The notes under the pieces were generated by a model. That model did not search any database and was not told the DNA's origin. It saw nothing but the letters and a program-made list of their open reading frames with translations. 64,000 nt of DNA. Origin: an uncultured Anaerolineales bacterium. Lineage in GTDB: Bacteria; Chloroflexota; Anaerolineae; B4-G1; SLSP01. The first letter of the stretch is position 1; every line of letters begins with the position of its first letter. Position numbers and translations under genes: made by a program. The stretch is from the NCBI GenBank assembly GCA_964437445.1, contig CAYTGR010000002.1:52406-116405 (forward strand), read 5' to 3'. Below are positions 9,627 through 19,184 of the stretch, in pieces.

Positions 9627-10460
9627 TTATCCTGGGCCTTGATAATGGCGGCTCAGCAGCCTTTCGCCTGCCTGGCCCGGGAGCAGCTGGTAGAGCAGCG
9701 GCGACAGCCGTTGCAGCCACGGCCCCACCCGGTAGCGACGGCGGGGAGCGCGGGCCGCGATGATCCGTTCCACCAGCCGGGCCACCACCAGGGGCGGTGG
9801 CCCCTGGGTCTCGTCGTGCTCCATGATGGCTAAGGCTTGCTCAAAGGCCGCCCGGTAGGGGGAATCTGCTAAGGGGGCGGCCACGCGCTGCCGGTGGTGG
9901 GTGAAGCCGGTGCGGAGATCGCCCGGCTCCACCAGCACCACCTGGATGCCGAACGGCGCTACCTCCAGCCGCAACGTCTCGCTCAGCGCCGCCAACGCCG
10001 CTTTACTGGCACAGTACAGTCCCTGATAGGGCAGGGGGACCCGGGCGGCTATGGAGCCGATGTTGATGATCCGCCCGCTGCGCTGGGCGCGCATGGTCGG
10101 TAAGACGGCCCGACAAAGGCGCAGCACGCCCAGCAGATGCACTTCCAGGAGCGCTTGCGCTTCCTCCGGCGTGGTCTCCTCCAACGGGCCGGCCAGACCG
10201 TAGCCCGCGTTGTTGATGACCACATCCAGCCGTCCGGCCTCGGCCAGCACCTGCGCCACGGTTGCTTGCACCGAGCGGTCATCGGTCAGGTCCAGGGGCA
10301 GCAGAGGGAAAGTCCCGGCGTGGGCCCGGGCGGTGGGGGCGCGACTGGTGCCGAAGACGCGCTGGCCACACGCCGTCAACCACGCCGCGCAAGCTTGCCC
10401 GATCCCCGAGGAAGCCCCGGTGATTAAGATGACCTGCGGGGAACGGGCCGGCGTGTTCAT
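9627..10460 (-). CDS. Short-chain dehydrogenase/reductase (SDR)
   Basis: TGASSGIG, NNAG and YCASK motifs. Confidence 0.92.
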   Translation of the reverse strand: MNTPARSPQVILITGASSGIGQACAAWLTACGQRVFGTSRAPTARAHAGTFPLLPLDLTDDRSVQATVAQVLAEAGRLDVVINNAGYGLAGPLEETTPEEAQALLEVHLLGVLRLCRAVLPTMRAQRSGRIINIGSIAARVPLPYQGLYCASKAALAALSETLRLEVAPFGIQVVLVEPGDLRTGFTHHRQRVAAPLADSPYRAAFEQALAIMEHDETQGPPPLVVARLVERIIAARAPRRRYRVGPWLQRLSPLLYQLLPGQAGERLLSRHYQGPG

Positions 10461-12994
10461 AACGTCACCCGCTCTTCCATCAAGGAGCGCGCTTCGGCCA
10501 GCGCCGCATCGCGGATTTCCACCGGGAAGCGGTTGTGCAGGGGGCTGATCCGGGCGCCGGCAGCGGTGGCGGCCCAGAAGAGCCAGGCCAGCGGGCGCAT
10601 GAAGCTGCTCAGGTTGACCGCCCGGCGCAGCTCATCCAGCTGGGGTTGATCCCAGCCGCCGAACAAGCCGTAGAAGAACATGAAAAGCGGGTACGAGGGC
10701 AAAATCCCGATAAAGAAAATCAGCACGCTGGTGAGCTGGTCGCCCTGCCAGAGCAGGCCGGTGAGCGGGCGCAGGACGGCGTAATGGGCCGCTCCCGCCA
10801 GCAGCGGCGCGATCAGCGCTTGCCAGAGATAAAAACGTTGTGGGAAGCAGAGCCGGTGGTTGACCAGGTAGGCCACCAGGTCTTTGATCACAATGGCAAT
10901 GATGTAGGCAAAAATCAGGGCGTTGATCTGATAGCGGGCCAGCAGCAGGTAGGCCAGGCCGATGCGGATCAACTGCTCCATGCCGACTAAGGCGGCTTTG
11001 AGGTAGGGGCGGTTGGCGGCCAGCTGCACAATATCGCCCACCCAGGAAGGATATTGCAGCGCGCCCCAGAAGATCAGCGGGATCACATAGCGGGCGGCGC
11101 GCGCGAACTCCGGCCCGCTGGCCCCTAAGATGAAGCGGTCGGCCACCGCCAGCAAGATCGCGCCGATGAAGGCGCTGACCAGCGCCCCCCATTTATACGC
11201 CAGCGTCGCGTAGTACTGGCTTAACGCCTGCCGGGCATTGGAGATCGCTTCGGAGATGGAGGGCATCAGGTTGTTGTAGAGTGTCCAGGCCCCGTTGTAG
11301 GCGAAGATGAAGTTCTGCGCCAGAGTCCAGTTGCCCCAGATTTCGGCGTAATTGACCAAGCGGGTTTGCGTGATGAGAATCTCCACCGATTGTCCCACCG
11401 CCCAGGCCACCGAGCCGAGCATCTCAAACAGCCCAAAGCGGAACGCTTCCTTGACGATGGTCCAATCAAAATGGGCCAGGAAGAAGACCCGCGCGTTGTA
11501 CCCCAGCCGGCGGTAGAGCCAGAGCCCCAGCACCAGCGCCAGCACCTCAGTCGCGTAGGCCGCCACACCCAGCCCGATCACACCACCCATCGCCAGACCG
11601 AAGATCGGATGGCTCCGCCCCCAGGCGACGAAGAGAAGCACGAAGATCGGCTGCGTCAGCATGGGGAAGAGCAGGCTGTGGGCCACCTCTACCACCTGGC
11701 CGTAATCATATCGCTGCATCCCCAGCAACGCATGGCGCATCAGCATGTAGAAGCCGGGAATCTGGATGGCGACGTGGACGATGAGACTCCAGGCGTAGAA
11801 GCCGTAGGCCGTGTTGGGCAACAGCGTGCTGGCAATGGCGGTGACGATGGCGACCTGCACGGCGCCGGAGAGCGCCTGCCACCAGACAAAGACCTGCCCG
11901 TATTGCACCCCCCGCCGGGGATCGTGGACGCGGTACTCCGCCAGGTACTTGACGAAAGCGGCGCTGGTGCCCATATCCAGCAGCAGCCAGAAGAGGTTGA
12001 AAAACTGCGTCACCCGGCCCCAGAGGCCCAGCGCCTGCGCCGAGGGCAGAATGTATGAGGGCAGGATCAGGTTCTGGTAAATGATCAGCGGGATGAAGAA
12101 AATCAGGGCCAGTAGGAAGGCAAACAGGAAGCCGCCCAGGGGGCGGTGGAAACCGATCTCGTCCCAATCTGTTTGCGCCTGCCGGGCGGTGAACTCCTCC
12201 CGGTCAATGACCAGGCGGTCCAGTTCTTCGGGATGGGCGCGGCTGTACCGGCGCACCAGGACAAAGGCCACCCCGGCTATGACCAGCATCCCCGCCAGCA
12301 GGATGAAGATCACGGTGCGCTCGGCGGCATGGGGCACCGGCGAGCCGGGGTAATCGCCATAAGAAAGGGGCGTTTGTCCGCCAGCCTGCCCTACCAGCGC
12401 ATAGAGCAGATAGTTGAAGTAGGCCCAATCCTGAAATTGCGGGTTGGTCGTTTCCAGCCAGACGGTCAACAGGTAGACCTGCCCGCTGCCCACCCGCCCG
12501 CCGCTCAAGACCGGTTCCGCGTCCTCAAAGCCCTGGGCCACCGGCTGCCAGCCGGCAGGTAAGGGCGTGATCAGCGAGCGCTCCCGGACCTGAGGCGCGC
12601 TGTTCCAGATGATGTCGGTGGTCAGCGGGTCGGTGCCGGCCGGCGCTGCCGTCAGACTGAGCTCCTCGTCGCGCGTCTCCGTGGTGACCGGCGTCCCCAG
12701 CAACGTGGGCAGCGCAGCGGCGGGTAGATCAGGGCCGGCGATCAGCACCAGGCCGGCGCCTGCCTGCACCCGCGCGGCGATCGTTTCGGACTGCGGGAGG
12801 GTGCCGTTGAGTACGAACACGTCGGCGGCTGCCGGGTCGGTGACCAGCGTGAAGGTTTCGGCCAGCCCCAACGCTGTCTTCACCCGACCTTCCGGCCCGG
12901 CGTAGTAAACCCGCAGCGGGTCGGCGGCAGCCAGCGGCGCGGCGGGCAGCAACCAGAGAGCGATCAACAAGCTGGCGAGGACGAGTTTGCGCAT
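10457..12994 (-). CDS. MOP-superfamily flippase-like membrane protein with N-terminal exported domain
   Basis: Signal peptide MRKLVLASLLIALWLLPAAPLAAA after RBS GGAGG; about 200-aa soluble domain; then many TM helices including flippase-like LLDMGTSAAFVKYLAEY. Confidence 0.72.
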   Translation of the reverse strand: MRKLVLASLLIALWLLPAAPLAAADPLRVYYAGPEGRVKTALGLAETFTLVTDPAAADVFVLNGTLPQSETIAARVQAGAGLVLIAGPDLPAAALPTLLGTPVTTETRDEELSLTAAPAGTDPLTTDIIWNSAPQVRERSLITPLPAGWQPVAQGFEDAEPVLSGGRVGSGQVYLLTVWLETTNPQFQDWAYFNYLLYALVGQAGGQTPLSYGDYPGSPVPHAAERTVIFILLAGMLVIAGVAFVLVRRYSRAHPEELDRLVIDREEFTARQAQTDWDEIGFHRPLGGFLFAFLLALIFFIPLIIYQNLILPSYILPSAQALGLWGRVTQFFNLFWLLLDMGTSAAFVKYLAEYRVHDPRRGVQYGQVFVWWQALSGAVQVAIVTAIASTLLPNTAYGFYAWSLIVHVAIQIPGFYMLMRHALLGMQRYDYGQVVEVAHSLLFPMLTQPIFVLLFVAWGRSHPIFGLAMGGVIGLGVAAYATEVLALVLGLWLYRRLGYNARVFFLAHFDWTIVKEAFRFGLFEMLGSVAWAVGQSVEILITQTRLVNYAEIWGNWTLAQNFIFAYNGAWTLYNNLMPSISEAISNARQALSQYYATLAYKWGALVSAFIGAILLAVADRFILGASGPEFARAARYVIPLIFWGALQYPSWVGDIVQLAANRPYLKAALVGMEQLIRIGLAYLLLARYQINALIFAYIIAIVIKDLVAYLVNHRLCFPQRFYLWQALIAPLLAGAAHYAVLRPLTGLLWQGDQLTSVLIFFIGILPSYPLFMFFYGLFGGWDQPQLDELRRAVNLSSFMRPLAWLFWAATAAGARISPLHNRFPVEIRDAALAEARSLMEERVTL

Positions 12995-13020
12995 CACAAG
13001 TTCCTCCAGGGTGATTTCTG

Positions 13021-13110
13021 TGGTCTGGCTGGACCACAGACCACGGACCACAGACCACGGAAGACAGACTATAGCTTTCCGGGTGGTCTGTGGTCAGTCG
13101 TCAGCGGTCT
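13021..13110. repeat. Heptamer tandem/inverted array (GACCACA/GACCACG)
   Basis: GGACCACAGACCAC x2 at 13031-13058 with inverted arm GTGGTCTGTGGTC at 13083-13095. Confidence 0.8.
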
Positions 13111-13129
13111 AAAAGCAACGGCTCACGGT

Positions 13130-14467
13130 TCACTCCAACCCGTTCTGCCGGACGACCTCCGCGTACCACCGCCCGCTGTCTTTCATGATCCGGGCCTGAG
13201 TCTCGTAATCCACGTAGATCAGCCCAAAACGCATCTGGTAGCCGTAAGCCCACTCAAAGTTATCCAGCAGTGACCAGACGAAGTAGCCGCGCAAGGGGAC
13301 GCCGGCCTCCAATGCCCGATGGCATTGGGCGATGTGAGCGCGCAGGTAGCGGATGCGCCGTTCGTCGCGCACACGGCCGTCGGCGTCAGGCGCATCGGCC
13401 ACCGGGATGCCGTTCTCGGTGACGTAAAGCACCGCCGGCCGGTAGTCACGCCAGACGCGGGTCAGCATATGATACAGCCCTTCCGGGTAGATTTCCCACA
13501 TCTGCGAGTATTCATTGCCCACCGGCTGTACGGCTGAAGCCTGGATGACCGGGAACTCCGGGTCGTGGCGGATGACGTCGCGCGAGTAGTAGTTGACGCC
13601 CAGGAAATCCAGGGGGGCGGCGATGCGTTCCAGATCGCCGGGCTGGATAAGTCCCGCCCTGGTGCTCAATTGCGGCAGCATGGCCTCCGGATAAGCACCC
13701 CGGTAGAGCGGATCCAGGAAGAGCTGGTTGAGGGCCGCGTCAAAGCGGAACGCGGCGGCCTGGTCCAGTTCGCTCGCGCTGGCCGGTTGCACGTCGCTGA
13801 GATTGAGCGTGATGCCGACCTGGACGGGCCGGCGGGCGGCGGCGCGAATGGCGGCCACTGCCTCACCGTGGGCCAGCAGCAGATGGTGGACAGCGGCAAA
13901 GGCGGCTGCCGGCTCACGGCAGCCCGGCGCATGTTCGCCCGCGAAGTAGCCACCCATCGCCGCGACCCACGGCTCGTTGAGCGTGATCCAGTGCGTCACC
14001 CGGTCACTCAACCGTTCCGCGACGACGCGGGCATACTCCCCGAAGGCGAATGCCGTCTCGCGGACGGGCCAGCCCCCGCGCTCCTCCAGCGCTTGCGGCA
14101 GATCCCAGTGGTAGAGCGTGATGAAAGGCTCAATCCCCTTTTCCAATAGCGCATCCACCAGCCGGTCGTAGAAATCCAGCCCCGCCGGGTTGACCGGGCC
14201 GGTGCCGGTGGGGATGATCCGCGGCCAGGCGATGGAGAAGCGGTAGGCATTGAGCCCCAGTTCGGCCATCAGGGCCACATCTTCTTGCCAGCGGTGATAG
14301 TGGTCGGCGGCCACGTCACCGGTAGCGCCGTGGTAAGTCTTGCCCGGCGTGTGGCTGAAGGTGTCCCAGATCGAGAGCCCGCGCCCGTCTTCGTTCCAGG
14401 CGCCTTCAATCTGGTAGGCGGCGGTCGCCGTCCCCCAGCGGAAACCGATGGGAAAGGGATGGTTCAT
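13130..14467 (-). CDS. GH1 beta-glucosidase (paralog 1)
   Basis: ATAAYQIEG, AYRFSIAWPRI, acid/base TLNEP, nucleophile VTENG, DNFEWA. Start ATG 14467 after AAGGAGG. Confidence 0.95.
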   Translation of the reverse strand: MNHPFPIGFRWGTATAAYQIEGAWNEDGRGLSIWDTFSHTPGKTYHGATGDVAADHYHRWQEDVALMAELGLNAYRFSIAWPRIIPTGTGPVNPAGLDFYDRLVDALLEKGIEPFITLYHWDLPQALEERGGWPVRETAFAFGEYARVVAERLSDRVTHWITLNEPWVAAMGGYFAGEHAPGCREPAAAFAAVHHLLLAHGEAVAAIRAAARRPVQVGITLNLSDVQPASASELDQAAAFRFDAALNQLFLDPLYRGAYPEAMLPQLSTRAGLIQPGDLERIAAPLDFLGVNYYSRDVIRHDPEFPVIQASAVQPVGNEYSQMWEIYPEGLYHMLTRVWRDYRPAVLYVTENGIPVADAPDADGRVRDERRIRYLRAHIAQCHRALEAGVPLRGYFVWSLLDNFEWAYGYQMRFGLIYVDYETQARIMKDSGRWYAEVVRQNGLE

Positions 14468-14497
14468 GGATGTGTCCTCCTTGTCAAGATGTTTTAA

Positions 14498-14570
14498 GAG
14501 ACCACTGACCACGGACCACCGACCACTCCTGATTTCTGCGTGGTCTGCGGTCTGTCGTCTGTGGTCATTG
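14498..14570. repeat. Heptamer tandem/inverted array (GACCAC.)
   Basis: GACCACT GACCACG GACCACC GACCACT ... GTGGTCT GCGGTCT GTCGTCT GTGGTC. Confidence 0.8.
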
Positions 14571-14573
14571 CTG

Positions 14574-15080
14574 TCAAGTAGTGTATTTTGGGCCTTCATG
14601 CGTGGATGGCAAACCGACCAGGAACGCGGCCAGATGCTCCAACGCGGCCTGCGCCGAGGCGGCTTGATTGGCGGTGCGGTCGCCGCTCCAGAGGTGCCGC
14701 CAGACCCGCCGCTCGCCGGGAACCGCTAACCCGATGTAGACCAGCCCCACCGGTTTGAGCGGGGTCCCACCGCCCGGCCCGGCGAGGCCGGTGAGGCTCA
14801 CTCCCAGCGTGGCCCCGGTCAGCCGGCAAACCCCCACGGCCATCTCCAGCGCGGTCTGTGGGCTGACCGCGCCCCAGCGCTCTAAGGTCTCCGGGTGTAC
14901 CCCCAACAGCGTCAGCTTGACCGCGTTGGCGTAGGCAATCACGCCGCCGAGAAAATAAGCCGAGCTGCCGGCGACCGTGGTGAGCCGGTAGCCGAGCAAC
15001 CCGCCGGTGCAGGATTCGGCTACGGCCAGCTGCCAGCCGCGCGCGCGCAGCGTCTCACCGATTTGGGCTTCCAGGGTCAT
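14574..15080 (-). CDS. Stand-alone CinA C-terminal domain (NMN deamidase PncC-like)
   Basis: [37 protein letters not shown]...KPVGLVYI. Confidence 0.9.
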   Translation of the reverse strand: MTLEAQIGETLRARGWQLAVAESCTGGLLGYRLTTVAGSSAYFLGGVIAYANAVKLTLLGVHPETLERWGAVSPQTALEMAVGVCRLTGATLGVSLTGLAGPGGGTPLKPVGLVYIGLAVPGERRVWRHLWSGDRTANQAASAQAALEHLAAFLVGLPSTHEGPKYTT

Positions 15081-15099
15081 CGGGCCTCCGGGGGATAAA

Positions 15100-15184
15100 G
15101 AGACCACGGACCACAAGACCGCAGACCACGGTTTTCCGGGTGGTCTGCGGTCTGTCGTCTGTCGTCCATTGTCTGTTGTCTCTC
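15100..15184. repeat. Heptamer tandem/inverted array (GACCAC.)
   Basis: GACCACG GACCACA..GACCGCA GACCACG then GTGGTCT GCGGTCT GTCGTCT GTCGTCC. Shares TTTCCGGGTGGTCTG with the 13021 copy. Confidence 0.8.
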
Positions 15185-15189
15185 ATCCA

Positions 15190-15900
15190 TTATCTGGCGT
15201 CCGTTGTCGGTTGCGCGCACTCCAGCCAGGCCGGGAGCGCCGTTAACAACCGGGGCAGGAGCAGGGCAGTCTGGTCGGCAAAGAGCGCACCGCTGCCGTC
15301 ATAAGCTTCGCCACCCCCCACGCCCACCAGGTCGGTGACGAAGCGTAAAATCAGGCAGCGGATGCCGTTCCGCGTGGCGACCCAGGCAATCGCGCCTGAT
15401 TCCCAATCGCCGACCGTCGCGCCGTAAGTGGCCTGGAGCCTGGGGAGCTCCTCCACGATCAGGTCGCGGTCGCCGGAGATGAGCAGCGTGCGCCGCACCG
15501 GTTGCGGATAGGGTTCGCGCAGCCAGCTCAGGTCCAAGGAGGTGGTGTAATGGGCGATGGCCGCTTGCGGATCCAGCATTTGTTCCACGATGTCGTAGAC
15601 CAGCGTTCGTTCGGCCAGGATGAGCTCGCCGCGCCGGGCCGCGCCGGCGAAGCCGCCGCAGGTGCCTAAGTTGACCAACAGGGTGGGGGACCAGCGATCT
15701 ATGGCGTATTGGGTGGAAGCGGCGGCGGCAATTTTGCCCCAGCCACCGTGCAGGAAGATCACCGGTTGTTCCGCGCCGGTGACCCGGAGCGGCCAGGTGA
15801 ACCAGGCGCCGAAAGGGGACTCCTGGAGTGCGGCGGCCGGGTAGCAGGCGCGTACCGTTTGCCATTCGGTTGTAGCTGAGATAAGCACGACTGTAGACAT
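15190..15900 (-). CDS. MTA/SAH nucleosidase-like (PNP/UDP phosphorylase fold)
   Basis: GGWGKIAAA, NLGTCGG, LISGD, DWESGAIA and LRFVTD motifs. Confidence 0.8.
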   Translation of the reverse strand: MSTVVLISATTEWQTVRACYPAAALQESPFGAWFTWPLRVTGAEQPVIFLHGGWGKIAAAASTQYAIDRWSPTLLVNLGTCGGFAGAARRGELILAERTLVYDIVEQMLDPQAAIAHYTTSLDLSWLREPYPQPVRRTLLISGDRDLIVEELPRLQATYGATVGDWESGAIAWVATRNGIRCLILRFVTDLVGVGGGEAYDGSGALFADQTALLLPRLLTALPAWLECAQPTTDAR

Positions 15901-16043
15901 GGCAGTCTTATTGTAACTCAAATGGGCAAATTTTGTAGTATGCAGAAAAGTCGTTTCACCGCCGAGTTGCAGAATGCGCAGAGGTCACACCAATCTGTGC
16001 TCTTGGCATCTCAGCGGTGAGTTTTTGCGGTGAAGTCAAAGAT

Positions 16044-16082
16044 CTTCAGCGCGGCGGAGCCAGCGCTTAAGCGCCTGACTGC
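16044..16082. repeat. Degenerate GTAG-type REP-like hairpin
   Basis: CTTCAGCGCG...AGCGCTTAAGCGCCTGACT matches the core of copies at 28016, 43171 and 59779. Confidence 0.55.
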
Positions 16083-16083
16083 T

Positions 16084-17484
16084 TCAGGAGCGGTTGGCGC
16101 CGGCCGGCAGCCAAAAGGCCAGAGTCAGGCCGCCGCCGGGGGTTGGCTCGGCGTGGATGTGACCGCCGTGTGCTTCCACGATTTGCCGCGCGATGGCTAA
16201 CCCCAGGCCGGAGCCACCGGTGGTGCGGCTGCGCGAGGGGTCGCTGCGCCAGAAGCGCTCAAAGAGCCGGGACAGGTCAGCGGCGGGGACGCCGGGCCCG
16301 TTATCGGCCAGGCGGACCGAGACCCCGTTCTTTTCAGCCCGGGCGCTGACCCATATGGTGCAGCCGGCGGGCAGATAGCTGACGGCATTGCTCAGGATAT
16401 TGCCGATCACCTGTGCCAGCCGGTCACTATCGGCGTTGACCAGGGGCAGGTTGGTTGGGATGTTGACCTCCAAAGCCAGCCCTTTTTCCTCCAGGCGGAT
16501 GCGGTAGGCTTCAGCGGTGCGGGTGAGCAGCTCGCCTAAATCCAGGGGGCCGCGTTCCAGGCGTAGCTGCCCGGCATCGGCCAGTGCCAGCAGCCGCAAG
16601 TCTTCCACCAACCGGTTGAGCGTTTGCACTTGATCCAACGCCGGTTGGATGTTCTCGGTGGTTGGCGTATAGATACCGTCGGCGAGTGCTTCCAACGTCC
16701 CCTGGAGCACGGCCAGCGGATTGCGCAGCTCGTGGGCGATGTCGGCGGTCTGGGCCCGGCGGGCAGTTTCGGCGCGCGCCAGGCTCTCGGCCATCTGGTT
16801 GAAGGTCTGCGCCAGCTGGGCAACCTCGTCATGGCCCTGGATGGGAGCGCGCGCCTGCAAGTTGCCGGCGGCGATGGCCTGAGCTGCCTGTGTCAGCTTG
16901 TGCAGCGGTGCAACGATCCCCCGTACCAACAGGCCGCCGGCCAGCAGTGCCGTGGCAAACGCGGCGAGGACGCCGTAGAGCAGTGCCGTGCGGGTTTGGG
17001 TGAGGAAGGACTGGGCCGGGGCGGCCAGCGAGTTGGATTCCGCCACCAGGATGAGCAAATATCCCACGGTGGTCCCTTCTACCTGGATGGGAAGCGCTCG
17101 CTGCAGATCGCTGTGCGAAAAATTACCGCTCGGCGGCCCGGCGGAATCGGCCACGCGCTGTCCGGTGGCGTCGGCGACCTGGTAGATGAATTGTTGTCCC
17201 GCGCCGCCCATGGGGCCGTGCATCCCCCCTTGACCTCGTCCTCGCTCCGTTATGGGGAGGGTAGTGGGGAGTTCGGCCAACGCTGCCTGCAGGCCATCCC
17301 AGGAACCGGTTTGCGTGTAGTAATCGGCCAGGGAGGCAGCCAGCTCTTGCGCCAGGTTGCTGTTCACCATCGCGTAGCGCCGAAAGGCCGCCTCGGTGCG
17401 CGTCGCCACCATTGCCGCGATGGTTCCTACGGCAACGAGGATGACCAGGGCAAAAGCTAACAGCCACTTTTGGTACAGGTTCAT
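16084..17484 (-). CDS. HAMP-domain sensor histidine kinase (BaeS-like)
   Basis: Two TM helices, HAMP, H-box DIAHELRNPL, N-box LSNA, DNGPG, FERFWR and GSGLGLAI. Confidence 0.93.
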   Translation of the reverse strand: MNLYQKWLLAFALVILVAVGTIAAMVATRTEAAFRRYAMVNSNLAQELAASLADYYTQTGSWDGLQAALAELPTTLPITERGRGQGGMHGPMGGAGQQFIYQVADATGQRVADSAGPPSGNFSHSDLQRALPIQVEGTTVGYLLILVAESNSLAAPAQSFLTQTRTALLYGVLAAFATALLAGGLLVRGIVAPLHKLTQAAQAIAAGNLQARAPIQGHDEVAQLAQTFNQMAESLARAETARRAQTADIAHELRNPLAVLQGTLEALADGIYTPTTENIQPALDQVQTLNRLVEDLRLLALADAGQLRLERGPLDLGELLTRTAEAYRIRLEEKGLALEVNIPTNLPLVNADSDRLAQVIGNILSNAVSYLPAGCTIWVSARAEKNGVSVRLADNGPGVPAADLSRLFERFWRSDPSRSRTTGGSGLGLAIARQIVEAHGGHIHAEPTPGGGLTLAFWLPAGANRS

Positions 17485-17495
17485 ACAAAAAGACC

Positions 17496-17527
17496 TGATA
17501 CGTGATGCGTGATACGTGATGCGTGAT
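17496..17527. repeat. Heptamer tandem array (TGATACG/TGATGCG)
   Basis: TGATACG TGATGCG TGATACG TGATGCG TGAT between the regulator and kinase genes. Confidence 0.8.
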
Positions 17528-17554
17528 GGGTGGACCGGTAATGGATAAAACTTA

Positions 17555-18238
17555 TCATATTTCCAGCCGATACCCGACGCCGCGCACGGTGGCGATGTAA
17601 CGCGGGTTGGCCGGATCGGGTTCTACTTTGCGGCGCAGGTTCTTGATGTGGGCATCTATCGTCCGCTCGTAGGCTTCAAAGGCGACGCCTTGCACGGTTT
17701 CCAGCAGGTCGGCGCGCGAGAAAACGCGCCCCGGCGCGCTTAAGAGCACGGCCAGCAGCTCAAATTCGGTGGGGGTCAGCTCCACTGGCTGACCGTCTAC
17801 CGTTACTTCCCGGCGGCCACGATCCAGCACAAAGGGCCCGGCGCGCAGGATTTCGGCAGGAGCGGGAGCGGCTTGCGTCCGCCGCAACACGGCCCGGACG
17901 CGCGCCACCAGCTCGCGCGGGCTGAAGGGTTTGGGGACGTAATCATCGGCGCCTAATTCCAGACCGATGATGCGGTCGGTCTCTTCCACCCGCGCGGTGA
18001 GCATGATGATCGGCAGCTGGGGCTGTTCGGTGCGGATACGGCGGGTGAACTCCAATCCATCCAGCCGGGGCATCATCAGGTCCAGCACCACCAGGTCGGG
18101 CTTCTCCTGCCGGGCAACGAAGAGCGCCTCCTGCCCATCCCGCGCCGTGACGACGCGGAAGCCGGCCTGCTCTAAGTAACCGCGTACTACCCGCACGAGC
18201 TGGGCTTCATCATCAGCCACTAAGATGGTCTGGGCCAT
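17555..18238 (-). CDS. OmpR-family response regulator (BaeR-like)
   Basis: ILVADDE, DLVVLDLMMP, GADDYVPKPF, RTIDAHIKNLRRK and TVRGVGY. Confidence 0.93.
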   Translation of the reverse strand: MAQTILVADDEAQLVRVVRGYLEQAGFRVVTARDGQEALFVARQEKPDLVVLDLMMPRLDGLEFTRRIRTEQPQLPIIMLTARVEETDRIIGLELGADDYVPKPFSPRELVARVRAVLRRTQAAPAPAEILRAGPFVLDRGRREVTVDGQPVELTPTEFELLAVLLSAPGRVFSRADLLETVQGVAFEAYERTIDAHIKNLRRKVEPDPANPRYIATVRGVGYRLEI

Positions 18239-18239
18239 G

Positions 18240-18971
18240 TCATTCTCCGGCTGCCAGGGCCGCTCCAATCATGCCGGCGTCGTTTTGCAACTGGGCCGGG
18301 ACGACCGGCGTCTTCAGGGTCAGGTAGGGCAGGAAGTGCTCGGGCTTTTTGCTGACCCCGCCGCCGACAATGATCAGGTCAGGCCAGATGAGCGCTTCCA
18401 TCCGGTGGAGGTATTCGTCAAAGCGGGCCGCCCATGCTTCCCACGAGAGGCCTTTGCGTTGCCGGGCGGCGTCGGAGGCCCGCCGTTCGGCTTCCTTGCC
18501 CCGGATTTCAATGTGGCCCAGCTCGGTGTTGGGCAACAGGTGACCGTCAATGAAGAGCGCTGACCCGATACCAGTGCCCACGGTGACGATGAGGACCACT
18601 CCCGGCTGCCCTTTGCCGGCGCCAAAGGCCATTTCGGCCAGACCGGCCGCGTCGGCATCGTTGAGCGCGCGGATGGGGCAGCCGGTGGCCTGCTGTAACA
18701 GCGCGGCGAGGTCGGTGCCGATCCAGCTCTCGTGGATGTTGGCGGCCGTCACGACGATCCCGCGCCGGATGGCGGCCGGGAAGCCGCAGCCGATTGGCCC
18801 CTGCCAGCTGAAGTGTTGGACCAGTTCGGCGACCGTGTGGGCCACTTCAGCCGGCGCGGCCGGGTTGGGCGTGGGCAGCCGGTAACGCTCGGCCAGCAGG
18901 ACGCCCGTTTCCGTTTCCACCGGTGCGCCTTTGATCCCTGAACCGCCGATGTCAATACCCAGACAGTGCAT
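18240..18971 (-). CDS. ppgK: Polyphosphate glucokinase (ROK family)
   Basis: [50 protein letters not shown] and [10 protein letters not shown]. Confidence 0.88.
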   Translation of the reverse strand: MHCLGIDIGGSGIKGAPVETETGVLLAERYRLPTPNPAAPAEVAHTVAELVQHFSWQGPIGCGFPAAIRRGIVVTAANIHESWIGTDLAALLQQATGCPIRALNDADAAGLAEMAFGAGKGQPGVVLIVTVGTGIGSALFIDGHLLPNTELGHIEIRGKEAERRASDAARQRKGLSWEAWAARFDEYLHRMEALIWPDLIIVGGGVSKKPEHFLPYLTLKTPVVPAQLQNDAGMIGAALAAGE

Positions 18972-19138
18972 CGCTCACCTCCTGCTTGCTGATTCACTGA
19001 CTCATGGAAACGCTGTGCCGCTTATGTTTTACATCCATTGAGCCAGATGGCAAATCTTTGCCGGGAGGGAGACCCGCTGAATGTTGCTGAGAGCTCAATG
19101 CTGACCGCTGACGGCTGACTGCTGTTCGCTGCAATACG

Positions 19139-19168
19139 AACCGGGGGAGTATGGTGGCTCCCCCGGTT
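19139..19168 (-). terminator. Hairpin after the secreted repeat protein gene
   Basis: AACCGGGGGAG / CTCCCCCGGTT 11-bp stem, 16 nt past the stop codon. Confidence 0.6.
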
Positions 19169-19184
19169 AATGGAAAGGTGGTGG

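Noticed and set aside
13021-15184. Possible CRISPR array suggested by repeated GACCAC motifs
   Set aside because: Units are 7 nt with no unique 30-40-nt spacers, and there are no cas genes in the window.
15956-16033. Degenerate TTCACCGC...GCGGTGAA inverted repeat
   Set aside because: Too degenerate and seen only once in the window to define a family or function.
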